From the NCBI GenBank assembly GCA_000004985.1, contig GG738847.1: 64,000 nucleotides of DNA; one strand, 5' to 3'. The translations under genes were made by a program, and so were the position numbers. A model generated the notes under the pieces. The model did not search any database, was not told the DNA's origin, and was given only the letters and a program-made list of their open reading frames with translations. The stretch is from Naegleria gruberi (Eukaryota). This document shows positions 34,500 to 46,900 of the stretch, one piece after another (position 1 is the stretch's first letter; each line of letters opens with the position of its first letter).

Positions 34500-35296
34500 A
34501 TGTCAGCAACACAAACAACAACAGAAAAAGCTGAATTATTTAAAATTGCCGTAGTTGGGAGTGGAGGTGGTATGTTTCATAATATTCAATGTCATCATTC
34601 GAATAAATTCTAGTTGGAAAAAGTGCCATTACGCTCCGATTTGTTAATAATACATTCGTTGATTATTATGATCCGACCATTGAAGATAGTTATTCGAAAC
34701 AAGTGCTTGTTGATGGAAAAACTGTAAAACTAGAAATTTTGGATACTGCTGGACAAGGTATGAGTTAATGTTTCGGATAAAAATTTATCAATTTTATCAA
34801 TTTAAAGATGGTGAGTAGTTTAAATATTTACAGAAATGGTGAAATTAATTTAAAATTTAATCATCCTCACCACTTCAATTTGGGAATATCTTCAAAAATT
34901 ATAATAGAATATGAAATATTACGTGATTCCTATATGAGAAATAATGATGGATTTATTCTAGTTTATTCCATGGTTGATCGTTCATCATTTGAGGAATTGG
35001 AGAAAAAGTTTATGAATCACATTGTTCAATGTAAGGATGGAAGTATGGATGTACCAATGGTGCTTGTTGGAAATAAATGTGATTTGGAATCAAGTAGACA
35101 AGTTCAAAAGAGTGTTGGAAGAGACATGGCTAAAAAGTGGAATATCCCATTTTTAGAATTGTCTGCAAAACAAGGAACTAATGTACAGGAATGTTTCCAA
35201 GCAATTGTTAGACAATTGAGAGAAATGAATGAGGAAGAGGATGGTCAACCAAAGAAAGATACTACTGATGGACAAAAGAAGTGTCTGATTATGTAA
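34500..35296 (+). CDS. Ras-superfamily small GTPase (Rap/Ras-like) with a C-terminal CaaX box (CLIM). Three exons: 34500-34569, 34614-34757 and 34908-35296.
   Basis: KIAVVGSGG|[48 protein letters not shown]|[22 protein letters not shown]...LVGNKCDLE...ELSAKQ...KKCLIM. Introns GTATGT...AG and GTATGA...AG are in frame. Confidence 0.85.
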
Positions 35297-35315
35297 ACTA
35301 GTAAATTTTGTAATT

Positions 35316-38300
35316 TTATTCAGCATCTTGTTCATATTCAAAGTTTTCAGATTGAACCTTAGTTTGACCAACAAGAGCTCCTTCAACATACATACTAATA
35401 ATGTAATTACCTGGTTTTTGAATCAAGTATTTGATTTGGAAAAGTCCTTCACCCACATAGTTAATGTTATACTTGATTTCTTCAGTTAGAGCATTGGTTT
35501 CTTCCTCAACGAAAGTGACCTTTACAGATTCCAATTCTTCCTCATCAGGATCAGTGTACTTGTTTCCTTGATCATCAAATAATTGAATTTGGAATGATCT
35601 TTCTGTAAGTTTGGCAAGTAATCCTCCTGGTGGAAGAATATTGATACCTCTTGCAGGAGAATTTCTAACTGGAGCTCTATTCACCTTTACATCAATATTA
35701 TATTTGCCAGGAACGAGTGGTGTCCATTCAACTTCATGTACACCATTTGGTTTTTCGGTAATCTTAACCTTTTGAGGTGGATATCTGTCCAATGTTGGAT
35801 CTTCTGGAGTTACATTAACAGTAACATCAGTAGCACCAGGAACTCTAACTGGTTTTCCATCCTTAGTTCTCAGTTTGACATCAAAAGTGATTGGTTTGTG
35901 TACAAATCCAGTCTTTGAAACTGGTCCCATTTCGCATCTGGTTGGATCTGGAGCATATTGTGAGTCAGTGACAGGAACTTGGTATGGGGAATCCTTAATT
36001 GGTTTACCCTTGTGTGCAATATTTACATTGTGAACACCAACATTAGTTGGAGTGTAAAGGTATGGATAAACTCCATTCTCCTCAACTGGCAATGGCTTGA
36101 CATTGACTTCATCACCATTTGAATCATGAACAGTAACATCAAATGACAAGTTAGGATCTTGAACTCTATTATCATTGTGATCTCTAGCTTCCACATAGAA
36201 AATGGCTGGTGTATCGACAAAACCTTTCACCAAACCAGGACCATAGGCAATAGTGTTAGAAGGTTCAATACCATCAGAGACAATCATTGGATGAGGAGAG
36301 AATTGAAGAGCTTGATCATTGAGTGTCAAATCAAAAGTGTAAATACCAGGTTGTTCTGGAACAAAGTCAATAGAATAAGTTCCGTCAAAATTATCGGTCA
36401 GAACATTATCTGGAGCTTCAAGTTTGATACCATTTTGTGTCTTTTTGTCTGGACGATAGTAAACTTGAGTGAGAATTGGTTCACCTCCACTCTTGACAGC
36501 AACACCTCGTTGATCTCTGGCTTGAACATTGAATTTGAGCGGGAGTCCATTTCTGCTGTACAAATCTCCACCATTCAATTCATTTCCAAATATTGTACAC
36601 ATTCCAGGGTCAACTCTTGGTACAGCTGTTATGGTAATGTCGGCAAGAATTGGAGAATCATTAATCTTGGCCTTGAAATTGTACTTTCCTGGAACTGGAC
36701 AAACAAATGTAACATCATACTTGCCAGTGTCATTGTCGGAAATAAAGGTCATTACTTGATCACCAAATTCACTCTCCAAAACAATTTCAACATCATCACC
36801 TCCACAAAGCTTCTTATCACCATTAGTATCGTATGTTGTGAGTGAGAATGTTTGAGGAACATCAACAGGAACAGTGGTAGACAACTCGGTCACCAAAGTA
36901 CGAGTTGGATCCATTTCAAATTCAACCAACAAGTGAACTGGTGAATTATTGATTGGTTCTCCATTGAAAAGTACCTTAACTGGGAAAACACCAGACTTCT
37001 TTGGTATATATGGAACAGTATAACTACCATTATTATTATCCTTAATATCCTTAATATCCAAAACAGTTCCATCCTCCAATTCACATGTAACTTCATCTCC
37101 ACCTTCAATAATATCCATTCCATTTTCATCCTTAGCTTGCACATAAAACTCTCCAGGACAATTCACATAATTTGGTTTGTAAGGCTTTGTCTTTTGTTCA
37201 GGATTATACAATGAATCACCATAAGCCATAGCTTCTCTAGCCAAAGGCAATGGATGTACAGTAACTTGTCTCGGACCATACTTGCTTGGTTTTCCCTTCA
37301 CCTTAAATTCAATTAAATAATTTCCAGGACCATCTGTTGGTATAAAATCCAATTCAAGTTGATCATTCTCATCATTCTCATCATTATTATCCATAACAGT
37401 CTTCTTCCTAGCCTTCACCACACCACAATTACCATTCGGTCCAACCCACTCAGCCTCCACTTGATCAGGTGGCACTCGTACATTTTTTCCCTTGTTATTT
37501 TTGGCGGTAAAGTTAATCTTACCGATTTGTCCACTTCGTAAGCCATCACGTAAGCCTCTTCCCTCAACATTGATATCCTCAATGTCTTCCTCTGGTTCCT
37601 CGATTGGGAGGGTTGGAGGGATGAGGGGAAGTTTGAGTGGATTCTGAGAGATATTCTCCAATGTTGGATCGATTGAGGAAGGTGTGTTGATGTGAGGCTG
37701 TGGTGGTTGTTGCTGCTCGAGAATGGCCTGTTGCTTACGTTGTTTCTTGAGGGCTTTCTCTTCCAAGTCAATGCAACGAACGCTAATGTGGAGATCGCCT
37801 GAAACTTTGTCTTTGGAAGTTCTCTTTTGGAGAGGAAGCCATACTGTTTGTTGAGGATGAAGAAGATATTTGTAATAAGTATTATTTGATGATGACGATT
37901 GTTATAATGGATCAAGTTGTGTGTATTATAATTGATGTATAAATTAATTTCATAATATTTTGATGATGAAATTAATAATATATAATATATAATATTTAAA
38001 TAAAAATATAACATGATTATAAAGGAAATAGAATGTGGAAAACTTACATTCAAACCACTTTCCAGTAGTTTCCTTCAAAGCAGCATAATCATTAAATCTA
38101 ATAGTAACTTCTCCGAGAAAATCATGTTCATGATCATCACTCTTACTCCAATCGTACAATTCACAACGAATATTCATTGGTTGTTTGGTCTTGGTCCAAT
38201 TTCTACAATATACATTCAATGTTTGATTCCACTTTGGACTGGTTGTCTTCTTTTGGGGTTCAGTAGTAACTCTTGGAAATGATTCCTTTAAAACATAAAC

Positions 38301-38594
38301 TCCAAGATATGGATTTGGTTTTTTAATGATACTTCCTACAAGATTTCTAGCTTCAATGGCTGTTGTTGTTGTTGAGTTGGATCATATATGATGATGATCA
38401 TTATTAATATGAAATAATATGAATATTAATATTGTTTAGGATAATCTAATGTAAAGATTTATGGAAAGTGGAAGAAACTAACCTTGTACTTGAATTTCAA
38501 TATCATCATCTTTTCTTTCGTTGGCTGTTGGATCGACAACTTTGTGGCTTCTTGGTCCTTGTTGTTCCTTTTTGCTTGCCTCTCCTAACACCAT
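35316..38594 (-). CDS. C2-domain + filamin-repeat (Ig-like ABP120/filamin rod) protein of about 980 aa. Three exons: 38594-38483, 38359-38048 and 37843-35316 (minus strand), with GTTAGT and GTAAGT donors.
   Basis: Exon 1 MVLGEASKKEQQGPRSHKVVDPTANERKDDDIEIQVQ|. Exon 2 C2 domain ...KPNPYLGVYVLKESF...NVYCRNWTKTKQPMNIRCELYDWSKSDDHEHDFLGEVTIRF...GKWFE|. Exon 3 LWLPLQKR...GDLHISVRCIDLEEK... followed by 6 or more filamin-type repeats (for example VTDSQYAPDPTRCEMGPVSKTGFVHKPITFDVKLRTKDGKPV). Splice phases checked. Confidence 0.7.
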
Positions 38595-38940
38595 TTTTTT
38601 TTTTGATTTGATGGTTGACGTTAAATGGTTTTATGTAATGACATGACATTCATAGTATGATAACAAGCTCTCTTTACCCTGGTGATGCAATTTTTCACAC
38701 CCTTAAAAACAATATTATGAACATCTTAATTGAACTGTAGTCAATTCAAGTTCATTGTTCCAAGACCTTATCTCTACATGTGTTGGATACACTCCTTATT
38801 TTACCAACCTCAATATCAAACAAAATTACTGTCAAATGAACCTCAATTTCAATCATGAAAAAAACCTTAAATCCACTCTGAAATTTTCCAAATTTTAAAC
38901 TTCATAACAAAAAAAAGAAAACAAACTTGAAAACAAAAAA

Positions 38941-39387
38941 ATGATGCTCAATACACAAGTGAGTGATGAAATTATTCAATCCTATGAAGAGATGAGACTT
39001 GGAAAGGGAAAATTCAAAGAAAGCAAGTTCATCGTCCTTCACATGGAAGAAGGTTCAATTCAAATTGATCAAAATTTAACTCGCTTACAAAATCTTGATG
39101 AATTGGTTGACAAATTGCCAGCAAAAAATTCTCGTTTTATTTGTTATCATTTGAGTTTTGAAATGCCATCCCAAACAAGTGGATTAAGAGAAGGAAAGAG
39201 AACGAAAATGGTATTTATTACTTGGTGTCCAAACGAGGTAAATGTCAAGGAAAAGTTTAAGGTTGCTGCCACTTGTAAAACTGTCAAAGCAAAGCTTAAT
39301 GGAATGTCAATGAGTTATTATGCTGGTTGTAAAGGAGAACTTGATGAAAAGCAACTCATTGAAAAGTGTATTACATTTATCAAGTAG
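38941..39387 (+). CDS. Cofilin/ADF (actin-depolymerising factor homology domain) protein of 148 aa.
   Basis: VSDEIIQSYEEMRLGK...KMVFITWCPNEVNVKEKFKVAATCKTVKAKLNGM matches the cofilin N-terminal and ADF-H core patterns (compare VSDGVIKVFNDMKVRK...[33 protein letters not shown]). Confidence 0.7.
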   Translation: MMLNTQVSDEIIQSYEEMRLGKGKFKESKFIVLHMEEGSIQIDQNLTRLQNLDELVDKLPAKNSRFICYHLSFEMPSQTSGLREGKRTKMVFITWCPNEVNVKEKFKVAATCKTVKAKLNGMSMSYYAGCKGELDEKQLIEKCITFIK

Positions 39388-39540
39388 AGCAATAATTAAT
39401 TGTAAAATCTTTTCTGTATTTTTAAATGTAAATAAATTGATAATTAATTTAAATTCTCGAAGTTTATTTACATTATTCGTCATATATCTATTATACACAA
39501 TATTACAAAATTTCCAAATTCACAAGCTCAATAACTTGTG

Positions 39541-40898
39541 TTATTCTGATGTCATATTAATTGATGACAAGATTGAACTATCCAAGCTCATTGATAGCTG
39601 CTGATCACTTCCTTCACCAGTTGGACTTGTTGGTGATTTCAACTTTTTAACATCCAACATTTCATTGGAAGAAGTTGGCGAGAGAACCAAATCTTGAGTT
39701 GAATTTCTCGATTTTCCATTTGAAGAAGATAATGAAACATTCGAAGCTTGTGGAATAATCTTTTGATCAGAATCCATTCTAAACAACTTTTGTACCTCTC
39801 TCAATGGATTGTAAATTGAGAGAATCAATACTACAAACGCAATAATTCCAATATTGTAAAGCATGTGAAAGAAATTCATGAAATAATTCCAAGTTAAGGT
39901 GAGTGGAATGAAAACGAAACCAATAAATTGGAAAATCAATGAAATGGTCAATCCGTATTGAATAGCCATTGATTTTCTCAAGGCAACTTTCTTGAATTTG
40001 TAAGTTTTGATTTTTTCAACACTTTTTCCCTTAATTTCGGATGGAGAAACTCCACGAAGCATATTCTTGATTTTTTCCTTGCTTTCTTTCAAACTCTTGA
40101 TGAGTTTTCTGCCAATCACATTGAGGAAGATTGAAACGGAAACTGTTGAGATGAAAAATAAAAGAGCTGCGCTCAGGAAGAAACCCAATTGGAGATAGCT
40201 CAATAAATCTGGGTCAATATTGGCACGACCAGCTGCTAAACCTCCAAAAGCAATGGTAATGCAACAGAGGAGAACGAACAATCCACCCAAAATGATCAAG
40301 AAGGCAAATAATCCCTTTCTAACAATTTCGAATGCTCTTTCAGATAAAACACTGATAGAACGACAAGTTTCGGCACTATTTGCAAAGATTGTTAATAGGA
40401 ATTATATCAAAAGAAACTTACAAAATGTAACAAATATGAGCCATCAACACTACTTCAACATAAATTGCAATATTCACAAAACATCTGTCAAAAATCTTGA
40501 TAACAACACTTGCCACTTTTCCTTCATTTGGAACCATGTGTAATAGAGCCAGCTCACTTGAAATTCTAGTTAGCATATTGACAAACACCAAACTTTCCAG
40601 AACAAACAAAATAGCAAACAAAATGTGTTGATTTCTCTTCATGTTCTTTTGTTGCATCAAGTAACTGACAACTGACGCAATAAATAAACCACCAAATATC
40701 AAAACGAAAGGAGAAGTCAAAGATATAACAACAGTGTTGTAATCACCATAAATCGCGCTTGTTGTTGTAGAACTATTGGTAGAATTGACCAATTCAACAG
40801 CTGACAGTTGTCCCATCAATGGCAGTGAAACATCTTGTTGATCGATAACTAATGGACCCAACAGAAATTCTGATGGTAATTGGGAATGATATCTAGAC
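39541..40898 (-). CDS. Seven-transmembrane receptor-like protein with an S/T-rich cytoplasmic tail. Two exons (40898-40422 and 40375-39541, minus strand) split by a 46-nt GTAAGT...AAATAG intron.
   Basis: Seven hydrophobic helices: FVLIFGGLFIASVVSYLM, ILFAILFVLESLVFVNML, VNIAIYVEVVLMAHICYI, LIILGGLFVLLCCITIAFGG, LGFFLSAALLFFISTVSVSIFL, LTISLIFQFIGFVFIPLTL, IGIIAFVVLILSIY. The splice joins ...AHICYIF|AETCRS... in frame. Confidence 0.5.
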
Positions 40899-42108
40899 AT
40901 TCTTTTTGATTTTGTTTCTTTCGTATTGCATCTCTCGCTATTCGATAGGTATTGGTGGATGTGATAATAGTTTAGGATGGACCTGTCAGTTATAGATGAT
41001 TTCAATAAATTGGGACATTTCATCAACCATCTTTCTGAACGCTTTGGAAAAACGACATGTTTTTGATGGGACAAAATTGACAAGTTGACACATAGCAAGT
41101 ATGATAACAAATTAGTGATTTGCCTAGTTGAGTTTTAGAGGATGTAGTGAGCTTTATTGGATTGTTGCATTTTGATTCTGGAATCCAGAAGAATCTTGTT
41201 TCGATTTTTCCTTAAGAAAAAAAGGTTTCGTCGCTTCATTTACAGGATGTGTATCCGAAAGGTTGAGTTGTAAAAGAACATGTTTTGTTGAAGGATGATT
41301 TCTCAAGTTTCATTCACTAGTCCAATATGAAATCTTTGAAACTGTCATCTGTAGGTCAGTTTCTTAATGTTTATTCAAACCTTTCCAATGAAAAAAATGT
41401 AAAAATCAACAATTTAAACACATGTTATTTTTGATTAATAGTGACATTGCCTGTTATTGTGGAATTGGTAGAATAATCCAATAATTGAAGTGTTGATTTA
41501 GAAGTTGTAAACTAAAGTACAACAATTCACACCCATCACAAACTACTGCATTCTTCCATTACAATCATTGATGAGTGGAAAGTTGTACATTTCTGAGTGT
41601 TTGATTTTTCAATAATTGTAAAACAATAATGTTATTGGATAACACAACAATTTCTCCTCTTGATTCATTCTCATGCAGTATTGCACTAAGAGAGGTAAAA
41701 CTTTTCAAACTTCACTTGTTTGTGTTGAATGAATTGTAGATATCGAACAATGAAATTAATTTTTTTAAAACTGTCTCTCTGTGTAATCCATTTCCAATAC
41801 TGAAAACTAATTATTGAATTATCAATAATTCATCATCTCCAAAGAAAATGTGATTGACTTGAGTCATTGTTATAACCAACAATTAAAAGAGACGTTTCAA
41901 ACCATTGAAGTGAGGGTGTTAAATGTTGAATTTCAACGAAGAAAGGGGAGACACTTCACCAATCAACAAAATTGCTGTAAAGTTGACAACAAGTGTCTAC
42001 TGTCATCTTATCACAAACTAGAAAAAAAAAACTCAATACTTGATCAACGCAAATCTTCACACAGTTCACATAAATTGATTGCAATATTTTGTAACCCATC
42101 ATCACACA

Positions 42109-43926
42109 ATGAGTAACAATAATTCTGAAGATATTGCTGCTTCAAGTTTTGCCAATAGAAAGGCTCTATTCCAAAACCTACAGAGCAATCCAAGTAATAG
42201 TAGCACAACTACCAAATCTACTACTACTCAATCTTCCACTTCCACTACTACCACTGGTAAATTACCTGCATTCAATCCGATCAATAAATCATCGACACCA
42301 AGCAACTCGTCATCTACTACCTCCAGCACAACTCCCGCCAATTCTAATACAGTAGTCACCAACAACACAAGTGGCAGTGGAGGAGGTTCGAGCCAATTTA
42401 GGGAAGCTTTGAAAGGATTGAGTGGTGCAGCTGGAGGTAATCCACTGTTTGCTGGTGGTTTTGTGAAGAGTACAACAACAACTGCAACCACCAGTTTGCC
42501 AACTTATAAACCATCAACACCGAGAGGTAATAATAATAACAGTGGTGTTGTAAATTCGGTGAGTGAAAAGAAGGAACCACCTAAATTACCACCACGTAGA
42601 GGATCTGGTATTGGATCAAACAATACAAGCACTGCTACACTCACATCAGGTGGTAGTAATAATAATAATAATAATTTGCAAACAGCAACAACAACAACAA
42701 CTAGTCAACCTCCTCCTGCTTTGCCTCCTAGAAAACTTTCACAAAAGAAAGATGAACCACCACAAATACCAATTGTTACTAAGCAACAAGTTGTCGTAGA
42801 GGAAGAACCAATTGTTGAGGAGGAAATTCATCACGAAGAAGAAGAGGAAGACGAGGAAGAAGTTATTCAAGTACGTGATAGTATTCGACATGAAAGTGAT
42901 GACGAGGATGAGTCAGACTCGGAGGAAAGTTCTACACCTTCTACACCAAGTGGAACATCATCTTCTACTACATCAATTAACAATAACAATAATTCACTTC
43001 CACAAACATTGACCATTCAGAGTACTCCACCTCCTCTACCAAAGAAAACACCAAGTCAAGAAACACCAATTGTTGATAGTTATTCCATCACATTACATAA
43101 TGCTACACAATCTTTGAACAACAACAAATCAAATCAGAATGATGACGAAGATCCAACAGCAAATCTACCAAAGGGATGGACAGCCTACTTTGACCCTGGT
43201 CGTCAGGCCCACTATTACCACAATGAATTTACTGGAAAAACAACATGGAAGAAGCCTCCATCCGATGTTATTGTCTCCTCTTCATCATCTACTTCTGCAA
43301 CAACAACAAAGGAAGAAGAACAATTAGAAGATGGATGGACAGCCTATTTCGACTCTGGTAGACAAGCCTACTACTATCATCACGAACAGACTGGTAAAAC
43401 TACATGGAAGAAACCAATCAAGCAACAACAACAACCAAAGGTTTCTCCTCGCAAGCAAACTCCACCTCCAACTAGTACTACCACTTCTGCTGTACAACAA
43501 CAACAAACTTCTCCACAGAAACAAACACCTCCAGTTGTCCCAACTAGAAAACTCTCACAAAAGAAGGATGATGTTGCTCAGGAATCAACAACGCAACAAC
43601 CTCCTTCTATTCCTCCTGTAAAACCAACTCGTCCTGCTACCAAGAGTATTATTGAGAATAATCCTCCTCCAGTTGTTGTTGTCGAGAGCAAACTTCCATC
43701 ATTACCACCTGCAAAACCAATTAGAAAGGAAACAAATTCTCCAACAACAACTCAAGGAGATTCATCTGCTCCACCTCTTCCTCAGGAAAACCACTCAACA
43801 AGGCAACACCCCCACCACAAATTCCAACAGGAAAACCATCAAGAAATCCTTTGGAATCTTCTGCAAAGAATGATCATCGTCAATCGACAGTCATTAGGGA
43901 AGATGTCATGTTGCAACCACAATTAA
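42109..43926 (+). CDS. Proline-rich protein with two WW domains. It is very probably the N-terminal part of the downstream myosin gene, separated from it by a 1-nt frameshift at about 43785-43790.
   Basis: WW domains LPKGWTAYFDPGRQAHYYHNEFTGKTTWKKP and LEDGWTAYFDSGRQAYYYHHEQTGKTTWKKP. Flanking repeats PPALPPRKLSQKKDEPPQ and PPVVPTRKLSQKKDDVAQ. The ORF ends 75 nt after the start of the myosin frame. Confidence 0.7.
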   Translation: MSNNNSEDIAASSFANRKALFQNLQSNPSNSSTTTKSTTTQSSTSTTTTGKLPAFNPINKSSTPSNSSSTTSSTTPANSNTVVTNNTSGSGGGSSQFREALKGLSGAAGGNPLFAGGFVKSTTTTATTSLPTYKPSTPRGNNNNSGVVNSVSEKKEPPKLPPRRGSGIGSNNTSTATLTSGGSNNNNNNLQTATTTTTSQPPPALPPRKLSQKKDEPPQIPIVTKQQVVVEEEPIVEEEIHHEEEEEDEEEVIQVRDSIRHESDDEDESDSEESSTPSTPSGTSSSTTSINNNNNSLPQTLTIQSTPPPLPKKTPSQETPIVDSYSITLHNATQSLNNNKSNQNDDEDPTANLPKGWTAYFDPGRQAHYYHNEFTGKTTWKKPPSDVIVSSSSSTSATTTKEEEQLEDGWTAYFDSGRQAYYYHHEQTGKTTWKKPIKQQQQPKVSPRKQTPPPTSTTTSAVQQQQTSPQKQTPPVVPTRKLSQKKDDVAQESTTQQPPSIPPVKPTRPATKSIIENNPPPVVVVESKLPSLPPAKPIRKETNSPTTTQGDSSAPPLPQENHSTRQHPHHKFQQENHQEILWNLLQRMIIVNRQSLGKMSCCNHN

Positions 43927-46900
43927 TGCCATCTCTTCCAGATGAAGTTGGATTTTCTAGAAAGTCCATCTCACGTGATCGTTATCAACCAATCAACTCT
44001 GCATATCAACAAGATTTCCGTGTTCGTAGATTGGAAGATCGTGAAATGTGTGACGATTTAACATTGCTCCTTTCACAAAGTTCAATGAAATCAAAGAAAT
44101 CCGAGCAAATGGTGGTTCCACAAAAGACTGAAATTACAGAAATTGATTTGACCAACATTTTGGCCAATCGTTATTATCAAAATGAAATTTACACATGTGT
44201 TGGTCCTGCCATTCTCTCAATCAATCCATATAAGGCTGTAAAGGGTCTATACAGTAATGAAACAAAGGCTCTCTTCCACTCTCACATTCCATACGAGTTG
44301 GCTCCTCATATTTATTCACTTGCTGAGGATGCTTATCGTACATTGTTGGAACATGCCACTGCTAACAAGCCAACCTCCACTCATGTCACAAGAGCTAGAC
44401 CTGCCATTACTGCTGTGTCATCTTCTTCTGCTCACTCTAAAAAGATGCCACCTCCTCCACCTCCTGGTAAACCAATCAATAAGGAAGCTGATTTGGATGA
44501 TGATACATTCATTATTAATGATTTCAGTATTTCAGATGGTATTGGTGTTGGACAAGCAATTATTATTCAAGGTGAATCTGGTTCTGGTAAGACACTAGCC
44601 AGCAGAATTATCATGGAATACTTGGCTGCTGTTTCAATTTCTGGATTGGAAACTCAAAGAATCAAGGATTCAATTCTTCAAAGTAATCCACTCTTGGAAA
44701 GTTTTGGTAATGCCAAGACTCTTCGTAACAACAACTCTTCTCGTTTCGGTAAATTTACCAACTTGTATTTTAACTTTAAGGGCCAACTCATGGGAGGTGA
44801 GCTCACAACCATTCTCCTCGAAAAGGCCAGAGTTGTCAAGAGAAGACTTGGAGAACGTAATTTCCATATCTTTTACCAATTGTTATCTGATGATTATATT
44901 AGAAAACAACTCAATCTTGGTTTCCCAGAAGAGTACAATTACCTCAACAATAATGTTATCAATATTAACGAAGTTGATGACAAGTCAGAATTTGAAACAA
45001 CCAAACGTGCCATGGATTTATTGGACATGAGTGTTCCAGAACAAATGGCTGTTTTCAAGATTGTTGCTGCCATTTTGCAATTGGGTAATATTACCTTCAC
45101 AGCCATTGAAGATCCTGAGGAGAGAAAGAGAAGAAACATCGCTCCTGGTGTTGAAGCTTGTGATGTTTCTAATGAAGCTTCATTGAAATTGGTTGCCAAC
45201 ACTCTCCAAATTGATGCTGAATTCTTGAGAAGATCAATGATTATCAGAGTTATCAAGACTGTTGGTTCTCCAATGCCAATTGAACAAACTCAATCAGTGG
45301 AACAAGCTGAATTCAACAGAGATACTCTCGCCAAGAATATCTATGAACGTTTGTTCTTGTGGTTGGTCAAGAGAGTCAACAGAGCATTGAGAGTTCCTGA
45401 CTATGAAGATTTTGTTGCCAAGAAGAATTCTGAAACTTACTACAATATTGGTATCTTGGATATTTATGGTTTTGAAATCTATGACAAGAATATTGGAACA
45501 GGAAAGATTGTTGATCAAGATGAAGCATCCAATCAAGGCAAACTCAAGAACGGCTTTGAACAATTGTGTATCAACTTTGTCAATGAAAAGATTCAAAGTG
45601 GTGTTCAAAGATCCATCAAGAAGGAACAAGAAGACATTCAAAAGGAAATTTATGGAGATGACTTTAAGCCAACTCTTGCCTCTACTCAAGAGAGAAACAA
45701 GAGATTCGACTCTGATGCTGCTATTCAAATGATTGCTGGCAAGCCAATCAGTGTCTTTTCATTGTTGGATGAAGAATCCATGTTCCCTAATGGTAATGAT
45801 GTTAACTATGTTCAAAAGATGAAGACCAACATCAAACATCCATACTTTAAGATTCCAAGAATTGCAGAACCAACAGAATTTGAATTGGAACACTTTGCAG
45901 CTCTCGTCAAGTATAACACTGCAGATGGATGGGTTGACAAAAATCGTGACACTTTACTCGCTGAAATGCTCTACACTATGCAAAATACAAAGGACCACTT
46001 GCTTATGGCTCTCTTCCCTAAGAATGAACAAGCTAATGATGTTCTCTCTAAAAAGCCAGCCAATGCAGGAACCAAACTTCAACAAACAACTGCTGAAAAG
46101 TTCTTGAGAGATGTCAGCAAGTTGATGAATCAATTGAGTTCATGCAGCTTGAAACATCACCACATTAGATGTATCATTCCAAACTATGAAGGAAGAGCTG
46201 ATGATTTCCAAAAGGACGTTGTTAATCACCAAGTTAGATATTTGGGTATTTTAGACACTGTCCTCTCGAGAAAAGCCGATGATTTGGGATCCAATGTGAC
46301 TGGTTACAGCATTAAGATTCCGTACGATACCTTCCTTGAAAGATACAAGCTTCTCTGTCCTGAAACATTCCCATATTGGGAAACTTTCATTACCAACAAG
46401 TATGGTCCTGTTGAGGAATTCACTATTGAACACAAGAAGGAAGCAGTCCATCAAATTTTGAGCCAAGAACATATTGGTATGACCAATCCACAAGATTTCT
46501 TCTTGGGTAGAGGTAATGTCTTGTTGGCCTCTCCAGTTCAACTCTTCCAATTGGATGAAATGATCAGAGAACAAAAACATGAAATGGCTAGAAAGATTCA
46601 AAACTCCTTCAGAAGATACAGAAAGAAGAGAGCTGGAAAGATGGAAGAAATGATGAAGAAGGCTATCAAGACAACTGAACCAACCAAGCAAAAGGAAGCT
46701 CCTGAAGAAATCAGAATTAGACATGACGGTTTCAGAACATCCAACTTTGGTGAAACAAAGAAACGTGTCTTGATCACTGGTAGTGACAGAAGAAATATTT
46801 TCCTCTTGGATACTACAAGCTCATCTTCAGAGTTTGAACAATTGAGAAAGATTGCCATTAGAGATATCAAGAAGATTTACATTTCACCATACTCTGATAA

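Noticed and set aside
34808-35296. 162-aa ORF starting [23 protein letters not shown] as the GTPase gene model
   Set aside because: Its first 33 codons are intron read-through. The G1 P-loop and switch I lie in two small upstream exons (34500-34569 and 34614-34757), and the splice at 34907/34908 restores ...DTAGQ|[12 protein letters not shown].
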